Under the pieces are notes generated by a model that did no database searches, had not been told where the DNA came from, and saw nothing but the letters and a program-made list of their open reading frames with translations. From positions 1 to 51,467 of the forward strand of contig JBDSPO010000148.1 of NCBI GenBank assembly GCA_039930265.1: 51,467 nt of DNA, read 5' to 3'. Position 1 is the first letter of the stretch; each line of letters opens with the position of its first letter. The translations under genes and the position numbers were made by a program. This DNA comes from Lysobacter sp. Lineage in GTDB: Bacteria; Pseudomonadota; Gammaproteobacteria; Xanthomonadales; Xanthomonadaceae. Of this stretch, positions 9,094 to 18,876 are shown one piece after another.

Positions 9094-10386
9094 TCAGTCG
9101 GCGGCGACGCGTTGTCCGCCGACCCAGACACTGCCGGCCAATGCACCGCCCAGCCAGTAGACCAGTTCGGCCGGATGCTGGATCCGCCAGCGCACAAAAT
9201 CCGCGCGCTGGCCGACCCGCAGCGTGCCGCGGTCCGCCAGTCCGAGCGCGCGCGCGCCGTTCACCGTGGCACCGCGCAGGGCTTCCACGGGGGTGAGGCG
9301 AAAGTGGGTGCAGGCCAGTTGCATCGCCTGGCGCAGGGAAAGCAGGGGTGAGGTGCCCGGGTTGCAGTCGGTGGCGACGGCCATGGCGACCCCATGCTCG
9401 CGGAACGCCGCCAGTGGCGGCAACCGGGTCTCGCGCAGCACGTGGAATGCACCGGGCAGCAGCACCGCGACCACGCCGGCCGCGGCCATCGCGCGCACGC
9501 TCTGCTCGCTGGAGTGTTCAACATGATCGGCCGACAGCCCGGCAAATTCCGCCACCAGACCCGCGCCGCCCAGATCGCTGAGCTGGTCGGCGTGCAGCTT
9601 CACCGGCAGGCCGAGCGCGCGTGCGCTGTCGAACACCCGCCGGGTCTGGTCCGGGGTGAAGCCAATGCCCTCGCAGAAGGCATCCACCGCATCCACCAGA
9701 CCCTCGGCGTGCAGGCGCGGCAGCCACTCGATCACCGCATCGATGTAGGCATCGGGGCGTCCGGCGAACTCGGGAGGCAGGGCGTGCGCGGCCAGATAGG
9801 TGGTGCGGATGCCGATGCCCAGTTCACGCCCGATCTGGCGGGCGACACGCAACATCCGCCGCTCGCTGTCGAAGTCCAGGCCGTAGCCGGACTTGATCTC
9901 CAGCGTGGTCGCACCGTCCGCCAACAGCGCACGCGCGCGCGGCAGAGATTGCCGCAACAGCTCGCCCTCGTCTGCCGCCCGCACCGCGCTCACGGTCGAC
10001 AGGATGCCGCCACCGGCGCGCGCGATCTCCTCGTAGCTCGCGCCCTGCAGACGCCGTTCGAATTCCTGCGCACGGTCGCCGGCGAACACCAGGTGGGTGT
10101 GGCAGTCGACCAGCCCCGGCGTGATCCAGCCGGAGGTTTCGATGATGTGGTGCGCCAGCGCCTGCGGGGCTGCGGGCAGCCCGCTGCGCGGTCCTGCATA
10201 GGTGATCAGGCCGTCGCGCCAGCCCAGCGCACCGTCGGTGATCGCGCCGTAACCGGCAGGGCCGTCCAGCGTGGCCAGCGCAGCGCCGAGGATCAAGCCG
10301 TCCCAGCGCCCGGCGGGGGCGTGCGCAGGAGCATTGTCGGCATTCACCGGCGTGTTCGCCGGATCCGGAGTGGCGGAAGTTGTCAT
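9094..10386 (-). CDS. hutI: Imidazolonepropionase
   Basis: [34 protein letters not shown] and ATDCNPG motifs. Confidence 0.96.
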   Translation of the reverse strand: MTTSATPDPANTPVNADNAPAHAPAGRWDGLILGAALATLDGPAGYGAITDGALGWRDGLITYAGPRSGLPAAPQALAHHIIETSGWITPGLVDCHTHLVFAGDRAQEFERRLQGASYEEIARAGGGILSTVSAVRAADEGELLRQSLPRARALLADGATTLEIKSGYGLDFDSERRMLRVARQIGRELGIGIRTTYLAAHALPPEFAGRPDAYIDAVIEWLPRLHAEGLVDAVDAFCEGIGFTPDQTRRVFDSARALGLPVKLHADQLSDLGGAGLVAEFAGLSADHVEHSSEQSVRAMAAAGVVAVLLPGAFHVLRETRLPPLAAFREHGVAMAVATDCNPGTSPLLSLRQAMQLACTHFRLTPVEALRGATVNGARALGLADRGTLRVGQRADFVRWRIQHPAELVYWLGGALAGSVWVGGQRVAAD

Positions 10387-10486
10387 GGCACCATTGTAGG
10401 CAACGCGGCTGCTCACCTGGCAGCGCAAGTTCGCCGCCGGCAGAACGTCAACGAGCGCGGGGATATCCCGTTTTCGCGGCGGCGCG

Positions 10487-10939
10487 CTACTGCCCCGCCA
10501 CCGCGGTCGCGGCATGACGCGAGGAGAAGTCGACCTGGCGGGTGATCCGGAACGCGTCCTGCAGCTCGGCCTTGGAAGCGGCCTGCAGCCAGACGTGGGC
10601 ACTCCGCCCATCGGCGAGTTTGACCAGCGTCTCGCGCGCGACTATGTCCGGCTCCCCGACCAGTTCGGCGCGATACCACTGCACCTCGCGCCCGCCCATG
10701 GTGTCACTCTCCTCGCGATGGCTGCGGCTGGGTGAGAAGCTGGGCTGAGCGCTGATATACATGCCGAACGCCTCGGAGCCGTCCGCGCGCAGGGCGCGGC
10801 AAAAATCCGCACCGTCCCCACCGCGGTACTCCCAGCTCAGTCCGGTACTGGCGTCAAGCTGCGGGCAGGCCGCGGCGTTCTGTGCATGGACGCCGCCGGC
10901 GGCCAGCAACAGCGGCAGCAAAAATGCCGTCTTGTTCAT
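10487..10939 (-). CDS. Hypothetical secreted protein (150 aa)
   Basis: Signal peptide ending VHA-Q, two Cys, GGGGA SD; no family recognised. Confidence 0.8.
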   Translation of the reverse strand: MNKTAFLLPLLLAAGGVHAQNAAACPQLDASTGLSWEYRGGDGADFCRALRADGSEAFGMYISAQPSFSPSRSHREESDTMGGREVQWYRAELVGEPDIVARETLVKLADGRSAHVWLQAASKAELQDAFRITRQVDFSSRHAATAVAGQ

Positions 10940-10980
10940 CGGTATTCCCCCTGAAGTGCGGAAACGGTCCCGCCTCTGAC

Positions 10981-10996
10981 AGTGCGGTACGTCACA
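10981..10996 (-). promoter_or_regulatory. Possible CRP/Clp-type site
   Basis: Minus strand TGTGA-CGTACC-GCACT versus TGTGA-N6-TCACA (8 of 10). Confidence 0.4.
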
Positions 10997-11108
10997 CCGC
11001 GCTGCAGTTCCGACCTTAAAGCACCCCGGGGGGATTGACAATTCGCTCCGCTGTCGGCGTTGAATCCGCCTGTCGGACGGCCTGCTGCCAGGGCTCGTCG
11101 CCCGGGGG

Positions 11109-14100
11109 CTAGGGCGCCAAGGCGATCAGCAGCGCGCGCGCGGCGGCAATACGCGCGGCGGGTTCCGGCAGGTCCAAGGTCAACCGGAGTTTGTCCGGAC
11201 CGTCCATCCGATACAGCTGGGGCTGTCCCTGGATCATGTGGATGATCGCCATCGGATCGACACTCGGCTTCTCGACAAACTGCAGGCGGCCACTGCTGGC
11301 GCCGATATCCAGCTTGCGCACACCCAGCACCGTCGCCTGCAATTTCAGCTCGGCGATGGTGAACAGGTATTTGGCCGGCTCCGGCAGCAGGCCGAAGCGA
11401 TCGATCATCTCCACCTGCAGCTCACGCAATTGGTGGGCGTCGCGCGCGCCGGATATCCGCTTGTACAGCGTCAGTCGGGTGTGCACGTCGGGCAGGTAAT
11501 CATCCGGGATCAGCGCCGGCACGTGCAGTTCGACCTCGGCCCCGCGGACACTCTGGCCATCGATGTCGGGCAGTTCGCCGCGCTTGATACTGCGTACGGC
11601 ACGCTCCAGCAGCTCGGTGTACAGGCTGAAACCGACTTCGGCCATCTGCCCGCTCTGATCCTCGCCCAGCAGCTCGCCGGCGCCGCGGATCTCCAGATCA
11701 TGGGTCGCCAGGGTGAAACCGGCGCCCAGCTCGTCCATGGCCGCGATCGCGTCCAGGCGTTTCTTCGCATCGGCGCTGATCGAGCGGTTGTCGGGCACCA
11801 CCAGATAGGCGTAGGCCCGGTGGTGGGAGCGGCCGACCCGTCCCCGCAACTGGTGCAGCTGGGCCAGGCCGAACTTGTCGGCGCGGTTGATGATGATGGT
11901 GTTGGCGTTGGGAATGTCGATGCCCGACTCGATGATGGTCGAGCACAGCAGCACGTTGAAGCGCTGCTTCTGGAAGTCGAGCATCACCCGCTCCAGCTCG
12001 CGCTCGGGCATCTGGCCATGGGCGACACCGATGCGCGCTTCGGGCACCAGCGCTTCCAGCTCGCGCTGCATGCGCCCGATGCTTTCCACGTCGTTGTGCA
12101 GGAAGTACGCCTGGCCACCGCGGGCGATCTCGCGCTGGAACGCCTCGCGCAGTTGGCTGTCGTCCCACGGCACCACAAAGGTCTGCACCGCCATCCGATG
12201 CGCCGGCGCGGTGGCGATGATCGACAGGTCGCGCAAGCCGGCCATGGCCATGTTCAGCGTGCGCGGAATCGGCGTCGCGGTCAGGGTCAGCAGGTGCACG
12301 TTGGCGCGCAAGGCCTTCAGGGCCTCCTTCTGGCGCACCCCGAAGCGCTGCTCCTCATCGACAATCACCAGCCCGAGCTCTTTGAAACGCACGTCCTTTT
12401 GCAGCAGCCGGTGGGTACCGACAATCACGTCGATGGTGCCCTCGGCGGTCTTCTCCAGCTCGGCCTTGATCTGCTTGGGCGATTTGAAGCGCGACAGCAC
12501 TTCCACCTTCAACGGCCAGTCCGCGAAGCGATCGCTGAAGTTGCGGTAGTGCTGCTCCGCCAGCAGGGTGGTCGGCACCAGCACGGCCACCTGCTTGCCG
12601 GACGCGGCGGTGGCAAACGCGGCGCGCAGGGCGACCTCGGTCTTGCCGAAGCCGACATCACCGCAGACCACCCGGTCCATTGGCTGGCTTGATTGAAGGT
12701 CGCGCAGGACCGCCTCGATCGCGGCGTGCTGGTCGGGCGTTTCCTCAAACGGAAAGCCGGCCGCGAAGGGCTCGTACATCGCCCGGTCGATATCGATCGC
12801 CAGCCCTGCGCGAGCACGGCGCTTGGCCTGGATCTCCAGCAGCTCGGCGGCGACGTCGCGGACCTTTTCCTGGGCCTTGCGCTTGGCCTTGCTCCACTGC
12901 TCACCGCCGAGTGAGTGCAACGGCGCGGTTTCCACCGAGGCGCCGGAGTAGCGATTGATCAGATGCAGTTGGCCGACCGGCACGTACAGCCGGTCGCCCT
13001 TGGCGTATTCGATCTCCAGGTATTCGTTTTTCTCGCCGCCGGCCTCCAGCGTCACCAGGCCGCGATAGCGGCCCACGCCATGGTCCTCGTGGACGATCGG
13101 TGCACCCTCGGACAATTCGCCCAGATCGCGGACGATCGCTTCGGGTTCACGGCTCGCGCGGCTGCGGCGGCGGGGCTGGGTGGCGCGCTCGGGAAAGAGC
13201 TGGCGCTCGGTGAGCACGGCCAGCGCCGGGTCGGTCAGTGCGAAGCCGTCCTCCAGCGGTGCCACGGCGATGGCGAAGCGGGGTTCGGTCGCCGGTGCCC
13301 GCGGTGCGCGCGCGGTGATCCGGTCGGCACCCAGAAAGGTCTGGAAGTCGGGCAGCAAGACCGGCTCCAACCCGGCGGCGTGCAGGATCTCCAGCAGCGC
13401 CTCACGTCGGCCGGCCGAATCGGCGGCCACCAGGACCCGTCCCGGGTAATGGCCGAGGAACGATTTCAGCTCACCGGCGGGGACCTGGTCACGCGCGGTG
13501 ATCGGCAACGCCGGAGCCGGCTGACTGGCCAGCGCCTGGGCACGCGCGAACTGCGGATGGGCGTCGCCGCAGATCTCCACACGGGCGCCGCGGTTCAGGT
13601 GCTCGCGCAATGCATCCGGCGACAGGTACAGCGCGTCGGGCGGCAGCAGCGGCCGTTCCAGGTCGTGCCGGCGCTGCTCGTAGCGCTCGCCGGTCTGGCG
13701 CCAGAAGGTGTCGGCGGCCTCGTTGACACCTTCGCCGAGCACGGGCAGGGTTGCGTCGTCGAGGTAGTCGAACAGGGTGGCGGTCTGCTCGAAAAACAGC
13801 GGCAGGTAATACTCGATGCCCGAGGGGGCAGTGCCCGCCTTGAGGTCCTGGTACAGGCCGCTGCGCCGGGTATCCAGATCGAAGCGATCCCGCAGGGCGT
13901 CCAGCGCGTGCTTCAGCGACGCCTCGTCCAGCGGCAGTTCGCGGCCCGGCAGCAGCTTGACCTCATCGATCTTGTCGCCCGAGCGCTGGGTCTCGGGGTC
14001 AAAGCCGCGGATGGTGTCGATCTGGTCGTCCAGCAGTTCCACCCGGAACGGCTGCGACGCGCCCATCGGGTAGACATCCAGCAGGCCGCCGCGGACCGCG

Positions 14101-14642
14101 AAGTCACCCGGATCGAACACCTGTGGCACGTGGTGGTAGCCCGCCGACTGCAGGCGACGCTGTTCCGCGTCCAGATCCAGGCGCTGACCAACGCGCACGT
14201 CGAAGCTGCCCCCGACCACGTGCCGCAACGGCGCCAGCCGCTGCAACAGCGTCTGCACCGGCACCACCACGATGCCGCGCTGCAGCCGCGGCAGGCGGTT
14301 CAGGGTTGCAAGACGCTGGCTGATGATCTCCGGGTGCGGGCTGAAGTGGTCGTACGGCAGGGTTTCCCAGTCGGGGAAGTGCAACACCGGCAGCGAGGCC
14401 GCGTCGCTGCCCGCGTCCGCATTGCCGGTCGCAGCATCGGCGCCCAGCAGGGTGCGCAGGTCGGCCTCGAGCTGCTGGGCGGACTGGTTGTCGCGGACAA
14501 TCGCCAACAACGGGCCAGCATGCGCTGCCGCGGCGCGCGCGACGTGGAAGGCGAGGGCCGAAAGCGAGGCCGGCGCGCGCCACCAGGCACGCAGTTGGCC
14601 GGCCTTGGGCAGCGGAGGAGTCGGGGAGGAGGTTGCTGGCAT
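11109..14642 (-). CDS. mfd: Transcription-repair coupling factor
   Basis: FPDWETLPYD, RID (VHEDHGVGRY), GDVGFGKT, DEEQRFG, QLRGRVGR and TRCF C-terminal domain. Confidence 0.98.
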   Translation of the reverse strand: MPATSSPTPPLPKAGQLRAWWRAPASLSALAFHVARAAAAHAGPLLAIVRDNQSAQQLEADLRTLLGADAATGNADAGSDAASLPVLHFPDWETLPYDHFSPHPEIISQRLATLNRLPRLQRGIVVVPVQTLLQRLAPLRHVVGGSFDVRVGQRLDLDAEQRRLQSAGYHHVPQVFDPGDFAVRGGLLDVYPMGASQPFRVELLDDQIDTIRGFDPETQRSGDKIDEVKLLPGRELPLDEASLKHALDALRDRFDLDTRRSGLYQDLKAGTAPSGIEYYLPLFFEQTATLFDYLDDATLPVLGEGVNEAADTFWRQTGERYEQRRHDLERPLLPPDALYLSPDALREHLNRGARVEICGDAHPQFARAQALASQPAPALPITARDQVPAGELKSFLGHYPGRVLVAADSAGRREALLEILHAAGLEPVLLPDFQTFLGADRITARAPRAPATEPRFAIAVAPLEDGFALTDPALAVLTERQLFPERATQPRRRSRASREPEAIVRDLGELSEGAPIVHEDHGVGRYRGLVTLEAGGEKNEYLEIEYAKGDRLYVPVGQLHLINRYSGASVETAPLHSLGGEQWSKAKRKAQEKVRDVAAELLEIQAKRRARAGLAIDIDRAMYEPFAAGFPFEETPDQHAAIEAVLRDLQSSQPMDRVVCGDVGFGKTEVALRAAFATAASGKQVAVLVPTTLLAEQHYRNFSDRFADWPLKVEVLSRFKSPKQIKAELEKTAEGTIDVIVGTHRLLQKDVRFKELGLVIVDEEQRFGVRQKEALKALRANVHLLTLTATPIPRTLNMAMAGLRDLSIIATAPAHRMAVQTFVVPWDDSQLREAFQREIARGGQAYFLHNDVESIGRMQRELEALVPEARIGVAHGQMPERELERVMLDFQKQRFNVLLCSTIIESGIDIPNANTIIINRADKFGLAQLHQLRGRVGRSHHRAYAYLVVPDNRSISADAKKRLDAIAAMDELGAGFTLATHDLEIRGAGELLGEDQSGQMAEVGFSLYTELLERAVRSIKRGELPDIDGQSVRGAEVELHVPALIPDDYLPDVHTRLTLYKRISGARDAHQLRELQVEMIDRFGLLPEPAKYLFTIAELKLQATVLGVRKLDIGASSGRLQFVEKPSVDPMAIIHMIQGQPQLYRMDGPDKLRLTLDLPEPAARIAAARALLIALAP

Positions 14643-14691
14643 CAGCCGGCCATTTTAGCCGATGGTGCGCGGCACCGCCGGAAGTGCAGCG

Positions 14692-15243
14692 TCAGCAGAC
14701 CGCGTCCGCGGTATCCAGCTTCAGGCTGACCCGGACCAGCCCGTCCTGCTGGGATTCACGCACAAAGCCCAGCGACTGCACCAGCGACAGCATGGGCAGA
14801 TTGTGCTCGAACACATCGCCGTAAACGCGATCCAGCTGCTTGCCCCGGGCCCACTTCACCAGCCGGGTCATCAGATAACGCCCCAGGCCCATGCCGGCGA
14901 TGTAATGACTGACCAGTATCGCGAACTCCGCATCGCGCCCATTGGGGTCGATGGCGATGCGGGCCACGGCCCCGACCAGCGCCTCGCCGGGCGGCAAGGG
15001 CTCGGCCGCGACCAGAGCGAACTCGGTCTTGGGGTGGATGCGGGTGAAGCGCTCCAGCGCTTCCGGGGACAGCTCCTTCATCGCGTGGAGGAAGCGCTGG
15101 CGGACCTCATCGGGCTGCAGCAGCGGAAATCCCGCGCGCAGCGGTTCCGCATCTTCCGGGCGAATGGGTCGGATCAGCACTTCCCGCCCGTTGGGCAAAG
15201 TCTGACGTTCATGCCACGGCGGGAGGCGTTCTCGGGTGCTCAT
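14692..15243 (-). CDS. GNAT acetyltransferase, stand-alone Pat-like GNAT domain
   Basis: LIRPIRPED, VRQRF, AEFAILV, GMGLG and N..M..L..SLGF motifs. Confidence 0.88.
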   Translation of the reverse strand: MSTRERLPPWHERQTLPNGREVLIRPIRPEDAEPLRAGFPLLQPDEVRQRFLHAMKELSPEALERFTRIHPKTEFALVAAEPLPPGEALVGAVARIAIDPNGRDAEFAILVSHYIAGMGLGRYLMTRLVKWARGKQLDRVYGDVFEHNLPMLSLVQSLGFVRESQQDGLVRVSLKLDTADAVC

Positions 15244-15385
15244 GGGCCCGATGGTCGCACACCGCATGTAAACGCCGCATTCATGCGTGGGAATCGCGCG
15301 CAAGCATCGTCAGGAGTACGCCATAGCCGCGCTGGGCATGCGTTTGCCGATGCTAGACTTGCGACCCCTCAGACGGAATCCTGCC

Positions 15386-16306
15386 ATGGCCGGCACCGGT
15401 AATTCGACCCGCGCAATCCTGTTCGCTTTGGGCGCCAACGCCGCGATTGCGGTCGCCAAGGGCGCCGCCGCATTCTTTACCGGCTCCAGCGCTATGCTGG
15501 CCGAAACCGTGCATTCGCTGGCCGACTGCGGCAACCAGGGGCTGTTGCTGCTGGGCATGAAGAAGGCGACCGCGCCGCCATCGCCGGAGCACCCGCTGGG
15601 CCACGGCAGGGAGGTCTACTTCTGGTCGTTTCTGGTGGCGGTGATGCTGTTCACGGTCGGCGGCATGTTCTCGCTGTACGAGGGCCTGCACAAGCTGCAG
15701 GCGACCGAGGTCGCACCCGGCGGCAGCCTGTGGTGGGCGGTCGCGGTGCTGGTGTTTGCGATCGTCGCCGAGGGTATCTCGATGCGGACCTGCCTGCAGG
15801 AGGTCAACAAGTCGCGTGGCGATCGCAGCCTGTGGCGCTGGTTCCGTGAAAGCCGGCAGGCCGAACTGGTGGTGATCTTCGGCGAGGATCTGGCCGCATT
15901 GGTCGGTCTGGTCCTGGCGTTGTGCGCGGTATTGGCGACGATGGTCACCGGCAACCCGCTGTGGGATGCGCTGGGCACGCTGGCCATCGGTGCGCTGCTG
16001 ATCGTGGTCGCCGTGCTGGTGGCCATCGAGGTCAAGGCGATGCTGGTCGGCCAGAGTGTGGATCCCGAACGTCAGCGCCAGATCCGCCAGTTCCTCGACG
16101 GCCGTCCCGAGATCGTGCGGGTGATCAGCCTGATCACCATGCAACTGGGCAACGAGGCGATGGTCTCGGTGCAGGCGCACATGCGCGAAGAGGGCGACGT
16201 GTCCGCACTGGTGAGCCAGATCAACACGATCGAGGTCGCCATGAAACAGGCATTCCCCGAAGTGCGCTGGAGTTTCTTCGAACCCGACGTGCGCAGCGGC
16301 GTCTGA
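15386..16306 (+). CDS. Cation diffusion facilitator transporter
   Basis: GSSAMLAETVHSLAD, HPLGHGRE, GED in TM5, cytoplasmic C-terminal domain. Confidence 0.92.
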   Translation: MAGTGNSTRAILFALGANAAIAVAKGAAAFFTGSSAMLAETVHSLADCGNQGLLLLGMKKATAPPSPEHPLGHGREVYFWSFLVAVMLFTVGGMFSLYEGLHKLQATEVAPGGSLWWAVAVLVFAIVAEGISMRTCLQEVNKSRGDRSLWRWFRESRQAELVVIFGEDLAALVGLVLALCAVLATMVTGNPLWDALGTLAIGALLIVVAVLVAIEVKAMLVGQSVDPERQRQIRQFLDGRPEIVRVISLITMQLGNEAMVSVQAHMREEGDVSALVSQINTIEVAMKQAFPEVRWSFFEPDVRSGV

Positions 16307-16414
16307 GTCGCGGCCCGCGCCGTACGAGGTGACCGACCACCCTGCCGGGGGGCACACCCCGGGCAGCGGTCAGTGGCTACCCGGCACCAGTCGGTCTGCT
16401 TGAACTGGCGGGCG

Positions 16415-17272
16415 TCACTCGGCCTGCCTCAGCCACTCCACCCGTGAGGACGCGCCGGTCTCGCCCAGCACCGCGTGGAGCAGCGGCAGGACCTCGCGCA
16501 GAGTCTGCTCGAACTGCCACGGCGGATTGAGCAGCAGCATGCCGCTGCCGTTCATCCGCAACGGCGAGTCATCCGGATGCACCATCAGCTCGGCCAGCAG
16601 CGATGACTTCACCGGCAGCGTCGCGGCACGGCGGAAAAACTGGTTCAGCGACCGCCGCAGCTTGATCGGGTACCACACCGCATAGCAGGCGTGGGGCCAC
16701 CGGGCCAGCGCGTCGCGCAGCGCGGCGATGATGACGTCGAACTCCAGCAGCTGGGCCTCATAGGGAGGGTCGATCAGCACCAGTCCGCGGTTGAAGCGCA
16801 CCTCGCCGAAGCGGGGCGGCAGCAGCGCCTTCATCCCCTCGTAGCCGTCGCGCGCGTGGGTGGCGACACGCGGATCGCCGGCGAAGTTGGCTTTCAGCTG
16901 CGCTGCTTCTTCGGGCAGCAATTCGCACACCGCGATCCGGTCCTCTTGGCGCAGGGCATGCGCCAGCAGCCAGGGTGAGCCGGGGTAGCTGGTCGTGCCG
17001 TGCGTTGCCCGGCAGGCTTTCACCGCCGCCAGATAGCGGGTAATCGCCGGATGCCGGGGTGCCTCGGCGATCAGGCGTCCGATGCCTGCTTCCGCCTCCC
17101 CGGTGCGCTGGGCGGAGTTGCTGTCCAGCGCGTACAGACCCCGGCCGCCATGCGTGTCGAGGGCGAACAGGGGCGAGGGCTTGGTCAGCAGGGCATCGCA
17201 CAGCGCGACGATGGTGACGTGCTTGAAGACATCGGCGTGGTTGCCGGCGTGGAAGGCGTGGCGATAGTTCAT
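16415..17272 (-). CDS. rlmJ: 23S rRNA A2030 N6-methyltransferase
   Basis: MNYRHAFHAGNHADVFKH, DTHGGRGLY, YPGSP, LIDPPYE and WYP motifs. Confidence 0.96.
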   Translation of the reverse strand: MNYRHAFHAGNHADVFKHVTIVALCDALLTKPSPLFALDTHGGRGLYALDSNSAQRTGEAEAGIGRLIAEAPRHPAITRYLAAVKACRATHGTTSYPGSPWLLAHALRQEDRIAVCELLPEEAAQLKANFAGDPRVATHARDGYEGMKALLPPRFGEVRFNRGLVLIDPPYEAQLLEFDVIIAALRDALARWPHACYAVWYPIKLRRSLNQFFRRAATLPVKSSLLAELMVHPDDSPLRMNGSGMLLLNPPWQFEQTLREVLPLLHAVLGETGASSRVEWLRQAE

Positions 17273-17335
17273 CGGTACAGGGTATCGCGGCGAAGGCGTG
17301 GACGGCGGAACGGATCGCCCCGCAGGGGTCACGGC

Positions 17336-18862
17336 TTATCGGGTCTGCAGCCTCAAGGTGATGCCGAGTGCCGTGATCTTGGCCGGCTCGTCCTCCAGAT
17401 CGGCGCGCAACAGCGGTCGCGCATCGAACCAGCGTCCGTCGAGCGTGAGGGTCAGTCGATCCCCTTCCGCGACGGCATCCAGCAGCGGGATCGGATCGGC
17501 CTCATGCGCGCGGTGGATCAGCACCGCCAGGCGCAACAACGCCGCGGTATGGCGGACGGCGGGCAGCAGGCGGTCGGGCAGGGCCTCAAAGACCTGGCGG
17601 GGAATCTTGCGGCGCTGGGTGCGGACCAGCGCAGCCAGGAACTGCTGCTGCTGGCGCGAGAACCCGGCGATGTCGGTGTGCTCCACCACGTAGGCGCCGT
17701 GCACGTGGTACTGGCTGTGGGCGATGGTCAGCCCGAGTTCGTGCAGCCGCGCCGCGCGGCTGAGCATGAGGCGGTCGTCGCCGTCCAACTGCCATTCGGG
17801 AGCGACCTGGTCGAACAGGCGCAGCGCGGTGGCTTCCACCCGAGCGGCCTGCGGCGCGTCGATCCCGTAGCGCTTCATCAGGGCCGCGACCGAGGCATCC
17901 CGCGGGTCGTCATCGCCGCCCCGCTCCAGCATGTCGTGCAGTACGCCCTCGCGCAGGGCCGCCTTGCTGATCGCCAGACGTTGCAGGCCCAGCGCCTGGA
18001 ACGCCGCTTCCAGCACCAGCAGGCCGCCGGCGATCACCGGCCTGCGGTCCACGTCGAGACTGGGCAGGTCGATCGCGTCGATGGTCCGCGCCCGCAGGAG
18101 ACGGTCGCGCACCTGAGGCAGTGCGTCCGCCAATACCGAGCCTTTGGTCAGTTTCATCGCCGCGCAGATGTCACCGATGGCCTTGTTGGTGCCCGAGGTG
18201 CCAATCGCATCGTTCCAGCCCAGCCCGCGGTAACGTGCGGCAAACGGGCGGAAGGTGGTGGCGACGTCGGTCAGGGCGGCGTCCCAGCGCTTGCGGCTGA
18301 GCTTGCCGTCCCCGAAGTACTTGCGCGTGGTCGCCACGCAGCCCAGCTGGACGCTTTCGCGCTCGATGGTGTCGAACCCGCTGCCGATGATGCATTCGGT
18401 GGAGCCGCCGCCAATGTCGAGCACCAGACGCAGGTGGTCGGGCTTGGACGGCTGGGCGTGGGCGACGCCGAGGTAAATCAGGCGCGCCTCCTCGCGCCCG
18501 GCGACGACTTCGATTGCATGCCCGAGCGCGCTTTCCGCAGGCATCAGGAAGGCCTGCGGCGATGCCAGTTTGCGTACCGTGTTGGTGGCGATCGCGCGCA
18601 CCCGCTGGGGGGGGATGCCGCGGATGCGCTGGCCGAACCGGGCCAGGCATTCGTAGGCGCGGTGGCGGGCATCGGCGGACAGGCCGCCGCGGGCATCCAG
18701 CCCATCCGCCAGGCGCACGGTCTCGCGCAGACGGTCAACCACCCGCAACTGGCCGAGCAGGTATTGCGCGACCACCATGTGGAAGCTGTTGGAGCCGATA
18801 TCGATCGCGGCCAGCATGTCGCCGTCCTGCAACGGCAAGGTGGCCGGGTTGGTGTCACTCAT
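17336..18862 (-). CDS. ppx: Exopolyphosphatase (Ppx/GppA)
   Basis: AAIDIGSNSFH, EEARLIY, DIGGGSTE and LREG motifs. Start at 18862, or at 18880 overlapping the ppk1 stop. Confidence 0.95.
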   Translation of the reverse strand: MSDTNPATLPLQDGDMLAAIDIGSNSFHMVVAQYLLGQLRVVDRLRETVRLADGLDARGGLSADARHRAYECLARFGQRIRGIPPQRVRAIATNTVRKLASPQAFLMPAESALGHAIEVVAGREEARLIYLGVAHAQPSKPDHLRLVLDIGGGSTECIIGSGFDTIERESVQLGCVATTRKYFGDGKLSRKRWDAALTDVATTFRPFAARYRGLGWNDAIGTSGTNKAIGDICAAMKLTKGSVLADALPQVRDRLLRARTIDAIDLPSLDVDRRPVIAGGLLVLEAAFQALGLQRLAISKAALREGVLHDMLERGGDDDPRDASVAALMKRYGIDAPQAARVEATALRLFDQVAPEWQLDGDDRLMLSRAARLHELGLTIAHSQYHVHGAYVVEHTDIAGFSRQQQQFLAALVRTQRRKIPRQVFEALPDRLLPAVRHTAALLRLAVLIHRAHEADPIPLLDAVAEGDRLTLTLDGRWFDARPLLRADLEDEPAKITALGITLRLQTR

Positions 18863-18876
18863 CGCGGCATGATCGA

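Noticed and set aside
15265-15290. GTAAAC-N5-ATTCAT as a response-regulator box between the GNAT and CDF genes
   Set aside because: The half-sites are too dissimilar to support a call without comparative data.
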